Below are positions 1 through 11,320 of a stretch of DNA of 64,000 nucleotides, piece after piece. Below the pieces are notes generated by a model. That model searched no databases, was not told the DNA's origin, and saw nothing but the letters and a program-made list of their open reading frames with translations. The translations under genes and the position numbers were made by a program. The number at the start of each line of letters is the position of its first letter. Position 1 is the first letter of the stretch. Location: the NCBI GenBank assembly GCA_963845755.1, contig CAWJTV010000020.1:256001-320000 (forward strand). Direction: 5' to 3'. This DNA comes from an uncultured Planctomycetota bacterium (GTDB taxonomy: Bacteria; Planctomycetota; Planctomycetia; Isosphaerales; Isosphaeraceae).

Positions 1-380
1 CCCTGGTCGATCCACTCTTGAAAGCGGGTAATTTCGGCTTCGCTCAACGGCGGACGGTTCAAGGGCATCCGCTCGCCAGTGCCCTCGCCGCGCAGCGCGA
101 GGATCAGCGGGCTGTCTTCGCCGTGGCCCGGTCGGATCACGGGGCCGCCCTTGCCCCCCTGGAGTGCCGCCGCGGCCGTGTCGAGCCGGAGACCGCCCCG
201 GGGCTTGGCCGCGCCATGGCATGATACACATTGCGATGTCAGAATCGGCTTGATTTGACGCGGGTAATCCACCGTTCTCGATGGCGGAGGATCGGCGGCG
301 GTGACCGTCGAGAGAGTGAGCGCCGAAAGGCCCACCAAGGCCCCACGCTGCGCTCAATTGTATCCGATGCATGATAGGCA
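1..380 (-). CDS. 5' part of a planctomycete cytochrome c (PSCyt1) domain protein, probably DUF1549/DUF1553 type; runs off the window
   Basis: Manual minus-strand translation: ..TVDYPRQIKPILTSQCVSCHGAAKPRGGLRLDT..RMPLNRPPLSEAEITRFQEWIDQG, with a CxxCH haem motif. Start approximate; likely frameshift in the signal peptide. Confidence 0.8.
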
Positions 381-603
381 TTGGTCCAATCGCCCGCGCC
401 GCTCGACCCTTGACTCGGCAGGGTCTTAACCCGTGGTCGTATACAACCGTGCCCTGTTCGACCTGATGCCGAATCGTATTTCTCTCCTTTCATAATACCC
501 CAGGCCGCCGAAGCGACGCCAGGGAATTCCCCGGAAGGCCCCGGCGCTGGGACCGCGTCCCAGGCCGGGGTTGCAAAACTCGGGAGCCGCTTCACGGGCC
601 GAA

Positions 604-1687
604 TCAGTACTGGTCGGAACTCACGACTTCATTGCCCGCGCGCGTTGACAGCATCTGATAGACGCCAACCTGCGTGCCTGGCGCGAGCGTATAGAGACCG
701 CTGCCGCTGACCGTGACGCCTAGCGGATACCCGTTGGCGGGATTGAATTGCCAGGAGCTGATCGACTCCTTGATAAACCGCACTGAGCCGTCCGCGAAGG
801 CGAAGTTGGCGCCGCCGGGATGGAAACTCGACGCGCCCTCGACCCAGGAGATATCGTATTCGTCCTTGAAGAGCGGGACCTTCTTGAATGCGTTGAGTGG
901 GTACAGGGTCGTGAAGAGCGAATCACCCGAGACGCAATCGGCCCACCAGTTGTAGCAGTTCGAGTCGTTGGCGCCGCCGTTTGCGGCGTCATTCTTGGAG
1001 AACATGCCGTTGGCCTTCTCGCTGTAGAGGAACGTGTTGCTCGTACCGTCTGTGATCGCGGCGAGGGTTGGGGCATTGAAGGTGAAGACGCCGTTCATGA
1101 CATTCTGGAGGGGCGAAAAGGCCTGCGCAACTGCTCAGAGCAAGCGGGTAAGTGACCGTGCAGTAGAGCAGGGGCTCGGGATACCATTGACCGGCATTGC
1201 CGGTGTAACTCGTGTAGGCGACCGTCAGGTTCGGGTTGTCTCCGTACGCCCCGAAACTGTTCCTCTTGCCGGCGATCTGACCGTCACTGGGACACCATAG
1301 GGCCGCCAGACCCGCCGCGTACACCGTGCTGTTGACGCCGGAGTAGATGCTGCGGCTGAAGTTCATGGAGTTGTACAGCGGCTGTTGCTCGAACTGACCG
1401 AGCATGGCGACGAACGTGCTCGTGTCCTCTACCCATTGGTAGTTGAACATGACGTCGGGTTGCATATTGACGCCAATCGGGAAGGTCCCGTTGACGTCCT
1501 GATAATTGTGGGCGGCCAGCGCGAGCTGCTTGAGGTTGTTGACGCACTGGGCACGCCGGGCCGCCTCGCGGGCCGCCTGCACGGCCGGCAAGAGGAGTGC
1601 GATGAGGACTGCGATGATGGCGATGACGACCAGCAATTCGATCAGCGTGAAACCGCGGCTCGAAACACGGCGAAGCATCAAGCGCAT
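604..1687 (-). CDS. DUF1559 prepilin-type (SBP_bac_10, H-X9-DG) protein, one frameshift near 1100-1130
   Basis: [34 protein letters not shown] in ORF 989..1972; [32 protein letters not shown] in ORF 604..1098. Confidence 0.92.
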
Positions 1688-1805
1688 GGGTGCGCCTCCT
1701 TGGGATGAGTGACGTTGCCAGGGGTACAAGGTCGGAGAGGACATATCTCTCCGGGTCGATGATCTGGATGATGGAACAAGTTCGAACGATTCCCGATCAC
1801 TCGTC

Positions 1806-2006
1806 TTATTTCTTCTGCTTGGTCTTGATCTCGTCCGCCTTCTCCTGCAGCGCCTTGAGGCGCGAGCGATTCCCGTTCGCGGGGGGGGGCGTCGTGATCG
1901 TCTGCGTGCCCCCATCGTCACAACCGGCGGCACCGAGCATCCCGGCGACGATTCCCAGCCGCAGAAATCCACGACGATTTATGAGTGAAAACGAGGTGCT
2001 TGGCAT
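1806..2006 (-). CDS. Small putative Tat-type lipoprotein adjacent to DUF1559
   Basis: [29 protein letters not shown]: twin-arginine motif plus lipobox, 66 aa. Confidence 0.7.
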   Translation of the reverse strand: MPSTSFSLINRRGFLRLGIVAGMLGAAGCDDGGTQTITTPPPANGNRSRLKALQEKADEIKTKQKK

Positions 2007-2110
2007 GGAAGATACTCGGGTGGAAAGATGACTACCGGCCTGGTCCGATGACCAGATCCCGGACCGATGACGGAACGTTGGGTGCCGATCGCGATCGCGT
2101 CGGCTCGAGA

Positions 2111-2176
2111 GGCGTCGGAGTGGCTGACTTCGCTCCCGGCTCGGGTCGAGAGCGCCTGGTACACGCCAGGACGAGT
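2111..2176 (-). pseudogene. Orphan 3' end of a DUF1559 gene
   Basis: Translates TRPGVYQALSTRAGSEVSHSDA; neighbouring DUF1559 ends [20 protein letters not shown]. Confidence 0.7.
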
Positions 2177-3064
2177 CCCGATCTCGCGGCTGTGGATGCC
2201 GCTCTTTGAGGTTGACTCCCGGCGGGTATCTCAGGAAAAAATCCCGGGCAAGGCCGACCATGCGGCGCGATCGGTTCGATCTGAGTGACTCTCCTTGGGG
2301 ATGAGGGTTCAAGAAGCACACTAACGGGGGATCAACCCTCCCTGTGTAGGCCGGTCCTGTCTTTCCGCAATCATCGCAACTTCGTCGAACGCTTGGGGTG
2401 CCTGCAACGGAGGAGCCCCCGCACGGGGAAAGAGTCGCCGACATCTGCTCTCTTCGCGGATCACTACTCCCAGTGCATCGAGGACGAGAGGAAAGTTCAG
2501 GATTCCGAGATCCTCTCAAACCTTCGACCTCGACAGTCGCCTGGGCCACTGGCTCGTTGGCGATCCCAGCCGTAACCTGCGAACGCGCGCACATCATCCC
2601 TTTCCGGGTGGTATCCCGGCTTTTTCTGGATTCGGTTTCCTCGTCTCCAGTCGCGAACGCCCTCCTTTTCCGGGAGTTGCCTTGACTGTCCCAGCACCTT
2701 CCTCTCGCAGTTTAGGATGCCAAAAACATCCCCCACCAGCAGGCTCACGAGAAGAAAGCGCCGATGGATGCTTGAACCGGAATGATGCAGTGTGTGGGAC
2801 GACTCGACGATTACTTACGGACGCGTTGGAACCAGCCTGGCAATACTTCATACCACATTCGCGTGGGGAGATAGGAGAGAGGTCTTCCACGCGAACGGCG
2901 TTGTTTTGTGAACGCCTGATCATACACACGGTCCAGCCCCGTGAATGGCAGATATTGTAGCGGCGCACTTTACCGATTGGAAGGGATTACCAGCGAAATG
3001 TGCCCAGACTCTGCCATCATCAAGTTGACGGCCACGCTTCGTACAGAAATGCGACCGATATCCT

Positions 3065-3083
3065 AGAAAATTAATCTCAATTC
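3065..3083. promoter_or_regulatory. AT-rich Fur-family-like operator candidate
   Basis: AGAAAAT-T-AATCTCA imperfect 7-1-7 inverted repeat in GC-rich DNA; ATCTCAATTC recurs at 4600-4609. Confidence 0.3.
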
Positions 3084-3384
3084 ATTAGTATATCGAAATC
3101 GGACGAGCCTCTGGTAAGCGCATCTTGCATGGTGTTCGGCCGCAACCCAATCGGGAATCCCCAAGATGCGCGGGGAACAGGGAGCTCACGGAGGAAGACG
3201 CGAACGATGAGATTGGACACGCGAAGGGCACTCCCTGGCCCTGGGTAGGGTGCTCCATGAGAAACAGAACGGGCCGGACGCGGGGATCGGTGCTCACGGC
3301 TGTGCAACGCCGTTGGCGTTTCGTGCCGGCCTCAGGGGGGGCAACTCAAACGTGACACCCTCCAGTGTACCACTCTGATCCCGG

Positions 3385-4260
3385 TCAGGAGGAAGTCCTG
3401 CGAGTCCGGCGGTTGGCGACGTCGCTCGCCGGTACCGTGCGGTCTCCGGCCAGCGGTTGTCGGGATCGGTCCAGGTCCGAAACAGCCGGACTGGCGGAGG
3501 GAGGGGCGGCCGTGATGGTGGCCGTAAAGCCGAACGACTTCTTGGAGACACCCTGGAAGGGATCGCGTGTCCGCACCCATTCCGGCGGGAGGGTCGTGTC
3601 CGGCGAGAAGTCGGCGACCGCGTGCGAGTCGCAGACGCCGCTGGCGCGCGTGTCGAGCACGAAAGTCGCCACCAGGGTGTAACGTCCGACCGGCAAGGCG
3701 GGCGCGGTCAAGGGTGGCAGGTGCTGGTTGCAAAGTTGGCCGCCCGTCCCTTCGACCGTGAGTGGCGGATAAGCCAGTGTCATCGACAGGTCCGGCAATG
3801 TGGCAGGCGTCAGGCTTACCTCCGCGCGGCGGACCCAGGCGCCCGCCCGCCCCTTGCTCCGCACGAAACCGGCCAGCGAGGTATCGAGCGTCAGGGACAC
3901 GGTCCGGACGGCCGGATCCTGGCAGGTGATCTCGAAGTCCTGCACCAGTTGAAAGGTCTCGGTGGCCGTACCGGTGCAACCGAGGTAGCTGTTTGCGGCG
4001 GCCGTCCCGGTCATCGTCGCCACCAGGGTATCGGGTGCCGAGGCGACGACGTCGATGGAGCCTCCCTCCGCCCGGGCAAGTTTGTGGGCATGAGGCGTGA
4101 CGCACGCATGCCTGGTCTGAAGGACAATCGTATAGGAAGGTGCCGTAGGCGCCGACAGCGGTGTGGGCAGGGCCGGCACGACTGGAGGTTGGGCCGATGT
4201 CCCGAAAGGCATCGCCAGGCCCAACAACATCAGGGTCGTCGCGGTTGCCAACCGTCTCAT
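3385..4260 (-). CDS. Exported hypothetical protein
   Basis: 291 aa ORF, GAGGAGG RBS, signal peptide MRRLATATTLMLLGLAMPFGTSA, several Cys/His pairs. Confidence 0.75.
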   Translation of the reverse strand: MRRLATATTLMLLGLAMPFGTSAQPPVVPALPTPLSAPTAPSYTIVLQTRHACVTPHAHKLARAEGGSIDVVASAPDTLVATMTGTAAANSYLGCTGTATETFQLVQDFEITCQDPAVRTVSLTLDTSLAGFVRSKGRAGAWVRRAEVSLTPATLPDLSMTLAYPPLTVEGTGGQLCNQHLPPLTAPALPVGRYTLVATFVLDTRASGVCDSHAVADFSPDTTLPPEWVRTRDPFQGVSKKSFGFTATITAAPPSASPAVSDLDRSRQPLAGDRTVPASDVANRRTRRTSS

Positions 4261-4730
4261 CGGCTCGTCCTCCTCGTGTCCCTGGGCTCGCTCGGTCCTG
4301 CGAACGGAAATGATCGGCCTAGCCCACGGTCCTCGCCACGTTCGGCGGTTGCTCGCGAGGCGCCGTCCTCTCTCGAAAGAGGAACCTGGAGTCGGAGCCC
4401 CTGGTCAATTGGCGGTCTCGAGTCGATTCGTTGATGGGATGGGAAACGGGACTCGGTCGTAACGGAGATCGGGGCTAACCTAGAGCCACGGGTTGGGCCG
4501 AATATTCAGGCCCAGCGCGATCTCGTGTAAGTATCGGCGTTCCGGGAGGCCGATCCGTAGGGAAGCTGGAAGATTTCGCTCCACCATTCATCCATGATTA
4601 TCTCAATTCTCGGATTTGGTTTGTTGTGAACGCGTGGATGAACCCGCTAATGAAATCATGAGCGGTCGGACCTCGCCCGATCATCCAGGCGTCCTAACCG
4701 AGTTTGCAGTCACAAAAGCCGTGGTCTCGT

Positions 4731-5708
4731 TCAAGGCCGGGACGACTCGGCTCTTCCGGATTCGGGCGGAACCCGGTGACTGCTCGCTCGGGACACCCAG
4801 GCTCGACGGGGTGATGGCTCCGGCGTGTTCGAGGGGGAGGCACCGTTTGCATCGATCAGTTCCAGGTGGGTGACCCGATTGCGGCCGCCGCGTTTGGAGA
4901 CGTAGAGCGCGCGATCGGCCTCGTCGACCAGCGTGGCAAGGTCCTCTGTCGCCGGGGTCCGTGTCGCCACACCGAAGCTCGCGGTGAGCGCCGGAGCGGC
5001 CAGGCGAAGGACTCGAGGGCAACCCGTTGCCGTTGCGCATGGATGAGAGCCTCGGCTGCATCGGTGTCGGGGAGGACGATCGCAAACTCCTCACCTCCGT
5101 AACGCGTTACGACATCGCTGGCGCGGGAAGAGATCACGAGTTGCCGGGCGATGATGCAGAGCACTTCATCGCCGGCCGCATGGCCGAACGCGTCGTTGTA
5201 GGACTTGAATTCATCGACGTTGACCATGACCACCGAGAGCGGCGACCCCTGCCGGGTCGAGCGCGCGAAGCACTCTCCGAGGATGGTTTCGAATCGGCGC
5301 CGATTGCCCAGGTCGGTAAGGACATCGGTCGAGGCCATCGCCCTCAGGTGGCGGATCACGCCGCGGTACCGGAGGTGCGCCTGGATCAGTCGCGCGACCC
5401 GCCGCTCGGACCTCGCGAGCTCGAGTCCGTACGGCTTCGAGCTCGGCGACCAGCAAGGAGGGCTCAACCGACGGGCCGATTGGCCGAACGTCACCTGCTC
5501 GATCGGGGAGCATGCAATGGATCCTCTTCCACGATGGGTCCACGACGTCGTGGTCGTCTTCACGTTGCGTGAGCCGTCCGGCGTCTTCAAACGTCTGGAT
5601 GCACTGAGGGCGATCTCGGTCCGAGTTTGTGTTGCTCAACTTAACTCTAGCTCGCGATCGCGACTTTCGCACCGGAGTCGCAGTATCAAGGATGCTGGGA
5701 TCGGTCAC
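4731..5708 (-). CDS. GGDEF-domain diguanylate cyclase, frameshifted
   Basis: TDVLTDLGNRR..FKSYNDAFGHAAGDEVL..RASDVVTRYGGEEF (RxxD I-site); C-terminal ADRALYVSKRGGRNRV in another frame; start uncertain. Confidence 0.85.
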
Positions 5709-5894
5709 ATCGGGCCGCTTAGGATTCGGGAAAACCACATTTCCAGGCACGATCCGATTCGTTCCGGAGACCGACGCCGCACCGGCGGCCACGTCAGGAC
5801 GACTGTCAAGAGCCGTTGCGGGATGTCGTAGGTGCTCGCAGAGCACTCTACAAAGGACTTCGACAACCGGTGATAGAGCGATGTGGCCGGCGAT

Positions 5895-7310
5895 TCACCG
5901 AGCATAGTGGGACAGGTAGGGGATCCCCACGCCCAGAAGCGTGACGAGGTAGATCAGCCCAAAGACGAATCCCAGGACCCAGAAGTCCCTTCGTGGGATG
6001 AACCCGCTGCCGAAATAGACCGGGGCCGGGCCGGTCGCGTAGGGAGTGATCACGCCCATCAGGCCGATCGAGTAGGCGAGCACCATCACGAACACCTTCA
6101 CGGGCATGCCGGGGAAAGTGGCCCCCGCTGCGATGAGTGCGGGGAATACGACCACGGTGTGGGCGGTCAGACTGGCGAAGGCGTAATGGACCACGAAGAA
6201 GAATGAGACCAGGACGATCAGCGCAACCAACGGCGGCACGCCGGTCAATTGCCGGGACACGCCCTCCGCGGCCCAGGTGACGACCCCCACCCGGTTCAAT
6301 CCGTCAGCCAGGGCCATGAGCGTCGCGAAGTAGATGACCGTGTCGAAGGCAGCCCGGTTCCCGACCACATCGTCCCAGTCGACGACGCGAAGCAACATCA
6401 TCAGCGCCACGACGGCGAGGATCGCGGTCGTCGCGTGAATCCACGTCCCCCCGAAGACCCAGAGAACGAAGGCCAGGAGGATCAACAATCCCATCAATGC
6501 TTCCTGAGCTGAGAACTTCCCCATCCGGACCAACTCGGCCGCTGCCCAGGCCGGGACATCCGGGCTCGAGCGGATCTCGGGCGGATAGACGACATACACG
6601 AGCAACGGCAAGGCCGCGATCAAGAGCCCACCGACCGGCAAGAAACCGAGCAGCCACTGGGACCAGGTGATGTCGAGAGCCATCTCCTTCCGCATCAAGC
6701 CGATGGCCAGGAGGTTCGGCGCCAGCGCGGTCAGGAACATCGAGCTTGTCACAGCCGTGGCGGCAAACGCCGTCCACATCAGGTAGGCGCCGAGTCGCCG
6801 GGCCGTCGGGCCGGGCGACGAGCCATAGAGCGCTGGGATGCCGCGGACGATCGGGAAGATCACACCGGCGCTCCGGCCCGTGTTGGACGGCGTGAACGGC
6901 GCGATGGCCAGGTCGGCGAGCGTCACGGCGTAGCCCAGTCCCAGCGTACTTCGCCCCATCACCTTCACCAGCGAGAGCGCAATGCGCCGTCCTAGCCCGG
7001 TCTTCTCATAGCCAGTGGAAAGCGTCAAGGCGCCAAAGATAAGCCAGACTGTGGCGTCCGAGAAGCCGCTCAGCCCCCACTTGACGGCGTCGGCCGGCTT
7101 CGCGGCGACATCGCCGACGATCATGGCCAGCGTGACTCCGATCATCCCGACAGCGGCCGGCGGCAACGGCTCCAGCACCAGGGCGACGATCACCCCGGAA
7201 AAGAGCCCAAGATAACCCCACCCGTTGCGAGAGAGGCCCGTCGGATGAGGCACCATGACAATCGCCAGCCACACGATGAGGGGCGCCATGAACCTCCAGG
7301 TTGACCGCAT
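5895..7310 (-). CDS. DASS family di/tricarboxylate-anion transporter (CitT/TtdT-like)
   Basis: TGLGRRIAL, TPSNTGRSAG, TSSMFLTALAPN, TPYATGPAPVYFGSG motifs; many hydrophobic helices. Confidence 0.92.
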   Translation of the reverse strand: MRSTWRFMAPLIVWLAIVMVPHPTGLSRNGWGYLGLFSGVIVALVLEPLPPAAVGMIGVTLAMIVGDVAAKPADAVKWGLSGFSDATVWLIFGALTLSTGYEKTGLGRRIALSLVKVMGRSTLGLGYAVTLADLAIAPFTPSNTGRSAGVIFPIVRGIPALYGSSPGPTARRLGAYLMWTAFAATAVTSSMFLTALAPNLLAIGLMRKEMALDITWSQWLLGFLPVGGLLIAALPLLVYVVYPPEIRSSPDVPAWAAAELVRMGKFSAQEALMGLLILLAFVLWVFGGTWIHATTAILAVVALMMLLRVVDWDDVVGNRAAFDTVIYFATLMALADGLNRVGVVTWAAEGVSRQLTGVPPLVALIVLVSFFFVVHYAFASLTAHTVVVFPALIAAGATFPGMPVKVFVMVLAYSIGLMGVITPYATGPAPVYFGSGFIPRRDFWVLGFVFGLIYLVTLLGVGIPYLSHYAR

Positions 7311-7392
7311 CGTGTGATCGGGCTCCCGGTTTTGAGAGTCACCTCCGTACCGAAGGTCCCAGTTTATTTGATCGCGACGCCGATTCAACCGC

Positions 7393-9926
7393 TCAGAAGA
7401 GACGCGGCCAGCCGAACTGGGAAAAATCCGCGCCTCGGAGCTGGAGATGGAGCAGGGTCTGGCCGCCAACGATGAAGATCGGCACCGCAGCCAGGCAGAC
7501 GACCGTAAGGCCGACAGTGAGCCAGAGGAACCGGACCGCCTGTGCGGGGGATTCGGCCACCGCGTCGAAGGGAGAAGTCTGCTGGGTATTCGACGTCAGG
7601 ACGACCTCGATGACGAGCATCGTCAGTCCCAGAAGCGTCAAGATCCAAATCAGATGATCCGGGGCAAACCACTGCTGGACGTCCTCCTTGATCGGATCGG
7701 GCACCCAACCCCAGAGCCGGACATTGATGCCCCCCAGGCCATCCAACACTCGACCGACGAGCGGCGGGAGACCGGGTTCCAACTGCGTTGACGATGGCAG
7801 GTACTTGAGCGCGGCGAACAACACGATGCTCAGGATCGAAAGTCGCAGGAGAACGGAGATACGAACCAGCCACCGTGGTCGTTCTCGAACCGGAAGACCT
7901 ACCATCGATCGGGCCGCCAGGCCCGCCGCGAAGAGCCCGAAACCACCGATCAGCATCGAGACCTCGATAGGCCCGAGTTCCGCACGGAATCCATCGGCGA
8001 TGTAGGGATGCATCATGCGAATCGACACGAGGCCCACATAGGTCCCCGCGGCCGTTGCCACGATCAGCCAAAACAGACGAAGAAGCCACCCGCGACGGCT
8101 CGTCGCCCAGGGCATACGTCGCCGCGCCCGCTCGAAGTCGTGCGCGACGATCAGTGCCAGTGTCAGACAGGCCAGGCCGGCGACGCCCGCGTCGATCCCC
8201 GCGCGCAGCAGGCGTGCCGAGAGGCTCGGGGTTTGGACGAGCCTGTGATGCATCGCGTTCGAGACCGCTTCTATCGCAACCAGGACGAGCTGCGGGATCA
8301 CCGACGACCCCCAGCCCGGCTGAGCCAGGAGGAGGAGGGCTACCAGAGCCGCCAGCGGCACGAATAGCCAGTACGGCCGGGGGCGCCGCGACTTCGGTCC
8401 CTCCAGAAGCCCACCCGCCCCAATGCCCAGGGTCAGGCCCAGCATCGCCAGGAGCCCGCAGATCGGAAACAAGCTCTCCCGGACCTGGTAGATGGGATCC
8501 CACCCGGAGCGCCACACGAAAGGGGCCGAGTAATCCGTCGGGCCCGGCTGCCGGAATCGGCCCTTCATTGCTTGATGCGACAACTTGGTGCCCAGACCTC
8601 TCAAGGGGCGGCCGAGGTCTGGCTGTGGTGCCGCCGCCGGGTCAAGATGGTCAACGGCAGCACGGCGATCATGGCCGATACCCTGGCCAACCAGAAGGCG
8701 TATCCCCAGCTCTCGTCCCAGAAGCCCGGGTTGGGCTTTCCGATCGCCCGGTTCGTGGTGATCTTCTGCCTGGCCACCGGGTCGGTGCTGGAGGCGGCCA
8801 TCGGCAAGTACCAGGGGAAGCAGACCGGGGAAAATGCCTTGTTTCGCGGCCTCCGGGACGAGTTGGAGCCGGGAGATGTGGTCCTGGGTGACCGTTATTA
8901 TGGATCGTATTTTGATATCGTACTGTTGCAGCAGCGTGGAGTGGATAGCGTGTTCCGGCTCCATCAACGGCGGAAGAGCGACTTTCGCCGGGGTCGGCGG
9001 TTGGGCCAGGGCGATCAGATCGTCAGATGGGACCGGCCGGCGACGTCCGGAGTGGATGGACGAAGCGACCTATGAGAGCGTCGCCGCGACGGTGGAGGTG
9101 CGGATCATCCGGATTCACGTCGAGCAGCGTGGCTTCCGCACGCGGGTGCTGGAGGTGGTCACGACGCTCTTGAATGCGGAGATCTACACCAAAAAAGATG
9201 TTGGGATATTGTATCGCAAGCGGTGGCACGTGGAGTTGGATCTGCGGTCGCTGAAGGTGGTGCTGGGGATCGACATGCTGGGGAGCAAGACGCCGGAGAT
9301 GGTGCGCAAGGAGATTTGGATGGCGCTGTTGGGATACAATGTGATCCGGGCGTTGATGGCGAGAGCGTCATTGGCCCACCGGCGCGAGCCGCGCCGGCTG
9401 AGTTTCAAGGGGGCGTTGCAGACGGTGCAGGAGTTCGGACCAGCCCTGCGGGAAGCGTCGGTGCCGGCTCGGCCGTGGCTCTGGCGCGTCGTCCTGAATT
9501 CGATCGCCGACGACGAGGAGGGCTATCGCCCCGATCGAGTGGAACCGCGACGAAGTAGGTTCCACTCCTCGGCCACGAAACACATCAGCAGCGCGATCGC
9601 CACCACGCGCCAGTCGATCGAGCGCACCCGGCCTGCGACGTCCCGATGCGGATCGACGCGATTGGCTCAGACCTAGGACGGCCCCGGCGAGGATGAAGAT
9701 CAGGAATACGGCCATGACCTCGAGCACGAGGCCCGCTGTGCGCTCCACAGGTACCGGGACGGCACTGGGTGACGTGAGGGCACGAGTCCCCCAGACGTCC
9801 CGCGACCCGCGCGATCCCCGCCGCGACCCCGGCCGCCAGCACCAGGACGATCAGGTTCGCCAGGTTGACCTGCCACCGCCGAGACTGCCCGGCCGAATCC
9901 TCCAGCCCGTCCGTTGTGCTCATCAT
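7393..9926 (-). pseudogene. Multi-pass membrane protein interrupted by an IS4 transposase fragment
   Basis: N-terminus MMSTTDG..RRWQVNLANLIVLVLAAGV at 9926-9560 (frameshifted); hydrophobic C-terminal part at ~8540-7393; transposase on the opposite strand in between. Confidence 0.65.
8540..9550 (+). mobile_element. Internal fragment of an IS4-family DDE transposase, no termini visible, frameshift near 9040
   Basis: RARLPES..RVKMVNGST..DTLANQKAYPQ..GDRYYGSY..LYRKRWHVELDLRSLK..KTPEMVRKEIW..YNVIR..RPDRVEPR; Y-2-R-3-E-6-K signature. Confidence 0.88.
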
Positions 9927-10138
9927 CACGCCCTCTGACACTCTCCTTCAAACCGTGCCATGACAAATGTAACAAGAGCGGCGGCAATGAGAAAGATGCG
10001 GGATTGGCAAACCCTTCCCGAGGGGCGATCATCCTGAAGGGTTGTCTGCCCGCGCGAACCCCGGGCCGCCGCGCGGTGTCGGGCGGGCGGCAGACCAGTT
10101 TACCCTACTCTCTCGACGAAGATCGGAGTTTCCCTGCG

Positions 10139-10617
10139 ATGAACCGTGGCATCATCGAATCGTTCGCCGCCGGGGCCGAGACGTTACGCCGGGCCGTGGA
10201 CGGCCTGACCCAGGACGAACTGCTTGGCCCGGCCCGGCCCCGGAGACTGGTCGATCCAGGAACTGGTCATCCACGTCGTCGACAGCGACGAGATCGCCAT
10301 CGATCGCATGAAACGAATCCTTACCGAGGACAATCCCACTCTGCTCTACGCCGACGAATCGGCCTACATCAGCCAACCTCCTGCCCCACGAACAATCTCT
10401 CGAGGATGCCCTGACGCTCTTCGAGGTCGGCCGACGGCAATGGAGTCGCGTGCTCCGCAAGCTGCCCGAGGCGGCCTTCTCTCGGATCGGCACCCACAAC
10501 CGAAAGGGCATCCTCACGCTCGCCTGCATGGTCGAGGGCTACACCAAGCACGTCGAGCATCACCTCGTCTTCCTGAATGCCAAGCGCGAGCGCCTGGGAA
10601 AACCGATCTCCTCTTGA
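10139..10617 (+). CDS. DinB/YfiT-like protein, two frameshifts
   Basis: Joined frames: LRRAVDGLTQDELL/ARPGPGDWSIQELVIHVVDSD../..HVEHHL. Confidence 0.8.
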
Positions 10618-10746
10618 TCACGTGCGCTCGCGCGCTCATTCCCCCGCCACCCAGCCATCACCCATCGAGAAAAACCAACTGCCCCGCGCGAACATTCTGT
10701 CCCATTGGGGTACAACCTGATTGGACATCATGGGGGCGCAGGGCCA

Positions 10747-11320
10747 GTGAACGGCAGCGAGCCAGAATACGTCCGGAGACCACACCTGGGCGACCGGGAA
10801 TCGCGCACGGATTTTGTACTGCGCCTCGTACGCCGAACTTGTTCCGCTGGTTCTGCCGCTTGACGGGCGTCCCGATCGGGCCGCGGACCTGACCCAGGAG
10901 GCCTTCATGGCCTTCTGGGTGTCGCTGGACCGGATCCACTCGGAGGTCTCGCTCAGGACCTGGCTGTACGCGATCGGCCGGAACCTCTGGCGCAAGGAGG
11001 CTCGCGACCGGAGGAATCCCGGGGGACAACTCCCGGAAGTCGTGGTGGACGGTAGCCCGTCCCCCGAGCGGATCGCCCAGAATCAGGAATTCCGCAAGGC
11101 GGCCGAGCGTGCGGTCATCGAGCTACCCGACGACCTCCGTGAGGCGTTCACCCTGCGCTTCTGGCACGAATTCGGCTACGACGAGATCGGAGAGATTCAG
11201 GGCGTGGCCCCCGGCGTGGTGCGCTGGCGGTTCTTCGCGGCGCGTCGGCGATTGCAGGAGAAGCTCGCGGCCTGGGACCCGGAGCGCAACCGGGCCGAGG
11301 AGGATCAACATGTGCGATGA
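10747..11320 (+). CDS. ECF sigma-70 factor, N-terminus frameshifted
   Basis: AADLTQEAF..SLRTWLYAIGRNLW..LPDDLREAFTLRFWHEFGYDEIGEI..GVVRWRFFAARRRL. Confidence 0.88.

Noticed and set aside
2200..3050. Riboswitch or ncRNA in the long leader of the left DUF1559 locus
   Set aside because: No recognisable consensus; ORFs here look spurious
7393..8967. 524 aa ORF as a single gene
   Set aside because: Its first ~140 aa are the antisense of the IS4 fragment
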